From Oikopleura dioica (taxonomy: Eukaryota > Animalia > Chordata): a DNA stretch of 64,000 nucleotides. A program made the position numbers and the translations under genes. Numbering within the stretch: the first letter of the stretch is position 1; each line of letters opens with the position of its first letter. The notes beneath the pieces were generated by a model. It made no database searches, was not told the DNA's origin, and was given only the letters and a program-made list of their open reading frames with translations. Shown here one piece after another: positions 62,643 through 64,000 of the stretch. The stretch covers positions 6,944,001-7,008,000 of the forward strand of contig OU015567.1 of assembly GCA_907165135.1 (NCBI GenBank). Direction: 5' to 3'.

Positions 62643-63319
62643 ATGAGCGATTACAAGAGATTCGTCCACAACTTGAAATGTACCCTCAATTGTGTAGTTT
62701 GCAGAGACGCCAGTCAAACTGCAAACCTCTACAGCTGCTGTGAGTGCAAAGTCATAATCTGTGGAGTTTGCATTGATGTGATGTCTGACGAAACCCGTCG
62801 CGACAGAGTGAAATGCCCACAGTGTAATTATTTTTTGGCTAAGGTTTTGGACAAATACGTTTTTTGAAGTAACAGCTCATTTAGGGCAGTTTTATCCATC
62901 TTCCTTGGGTTAACGCTGCTCTTCAGGATGTTCTCGGTACATGATAATTAATTGATCATTTTATTTATTTCTTTTTAGCCCTCGACGACCATTGCAGTCT
63001 TCAAGAAGCCACCATTTCAAAGTTGCAGGCGTCGATTGCCAATCTGGAAGAGGAAAAGAACGCCGAGCGTGCCGCAAAGTCGCACCAAAAAGCGCCGAAA
63101 TTCAAGGATGAAAATCAAGAAGACGCTCTTCGAGAAGACAAAGTAACGCCTCAAAAACGAAAATGGTATGTTAAGAAAGCTTATTCATATTGCTCCTCAG
63201 ATCTGGCATTATTTAGGCTGGCTATAAGCGGAGTTCAGTCAATCAAGACAATCTACAAGTCAACGCCTTTCATACCGAAAAAGACAAACTTAAAGGGTGA
63301 CAAACACGATTCTAGCTGA
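62643..63319 (+). CDS. Variant RING-finger plus coiled-coil protein (putative E3 ligase)
   Basis: CVVC-x11-CCEC-x4-CGVC-x13-CPQC, followed by the heptad-like QEATISKLQASIANLEEEK. Confidence 0.7.
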
Positions 63320-63482
63320 TTTGGTTGTTTTTTTTTTATTTAAATCGTCTGCGCTTCTGCCCAATAAAAAACAAATCTTTGAATTGATGTATTTGTAGGC
63401 TCTCCGTTTTGGATTCTGACAATTTGGAAATAGAAGCTTTGTTTAGCCCTGCTGACTTAAAACATACGTTAAGAATGTGAAT

Positions 63483-64000
63483 ATGGCTTCCGTCGTGTTT
63501 AAAAAGCCTGCCCTTATTATTCATGGCGTCTTCTCAACCTTCAAAAATGATAAGTTTATCCGAATGAGGTTCCGCGAAACGGGTTTCGAATTTCTAAAGT
63601 TAGTTGAAAAGGCGCCTCGTCCTTTACAACCAACAGAGCGCCTCTCAAACTACGTCTATTTGAATGAGAAGCGGCAGGTCTACGATTTTACAGGTAAAAA
63701 TATCAATAAAGATAACTTTTCACACTTTTTTACTCAACTTATACTTAATCCAGTGAAATGCCGCCAATTTAAAGAATTGCTGTTCAAAACGAGAAAAGCA
63801 GATTCACTGACATTAAAAGTCGAGGACTTCGACTCATCTAAACTTATGATAATTGGCAGTAAACGCGCGTTCGAAAAGCGTGTCGAGATTCAAGTAAGGC
63901 CCTTCAACGGTGAGCGGAAGCATGGAAGTGGGTGGCACGCGACCAGAACTGTGACACGATTCTATGACAAACGCGCAAGAATGCACAACGAGAGGGCAAA
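63483..64000 (+). CDS. Fourth, very divergent clamp-like gene (3'-partial)
   Basis: MASVVFKKPALII...RFRETGFEF...YDFT|VKCRQFKELLFKTRKADSLTLKVEDFDSSKL aligns to PCNA [31 protein letters not shown]. It shares the phase-1 intron position. Confidence 0.55.
   Translation, partial: MASVVFKKPALIIHGVFSTFKNDKFIRMRFRETGFEFLKLVEKAPRPLQPTERLSNYVYLNEKRQVYDFTGKNINKDNFSHFFTQLILNPVKCRQFKELLFKTRKADSLTLKVEDFDSSKLMIIGSKRAFEKRVEIQVRPFNGERKHGSGWHATRTVTRFYDKRARMHNERA

Noticed and set aside
59134-64000. Integrated giant-virus/NCLDV fragment as source of multiple PCNAs
   Set aside because: The genes are interrupted by short spliceosomal introns, and no capsid, polymerase or packaging ATPase is visible in the window. 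An older viral origin is not excluded.

Overview
Compact, intron-dense eukaryotic genomic DNA. Many introns are about 30-90 nt, some donors are non-GT, and genes sit head-to-tail with an AG acceptor just before the ATG. This strongly suggests an Oikopleura-type appendicularian tunicate (inference). The left half holds host genes: Kir channel, RCC1, FNTA, GALE, TMEM185/60-like, LRRC20-like, FAM221A, NUS1, CD2BP2, KDM8, kelch-like genes and LARP6, with many intronic MITE/foldback repeats. Two systems stand out. (1) From about 48.6 kb to the window end there is a candidate giant Mutator-like (MULE) element. A multi-exon MULE DDE transposase (FLYWCH-like finger, PIP-box-like motif, very long disordered tail) is followed on the same strand by three complete, highly divergent, spliced PCNA-like clamp genes, a variant RING gene and a fourth clamp-like gene. 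(2) At 8.7-12.5 kb is a mod(mdg4)/lola-like locus. A common N-terminus can splice in phase onto alternative terminal exons encoding FLYWCH-like, two BED-like and one psq/CENP-B HTH DNA-binding domains. All gene models were joined by hand, so exon boundaries are approximate.
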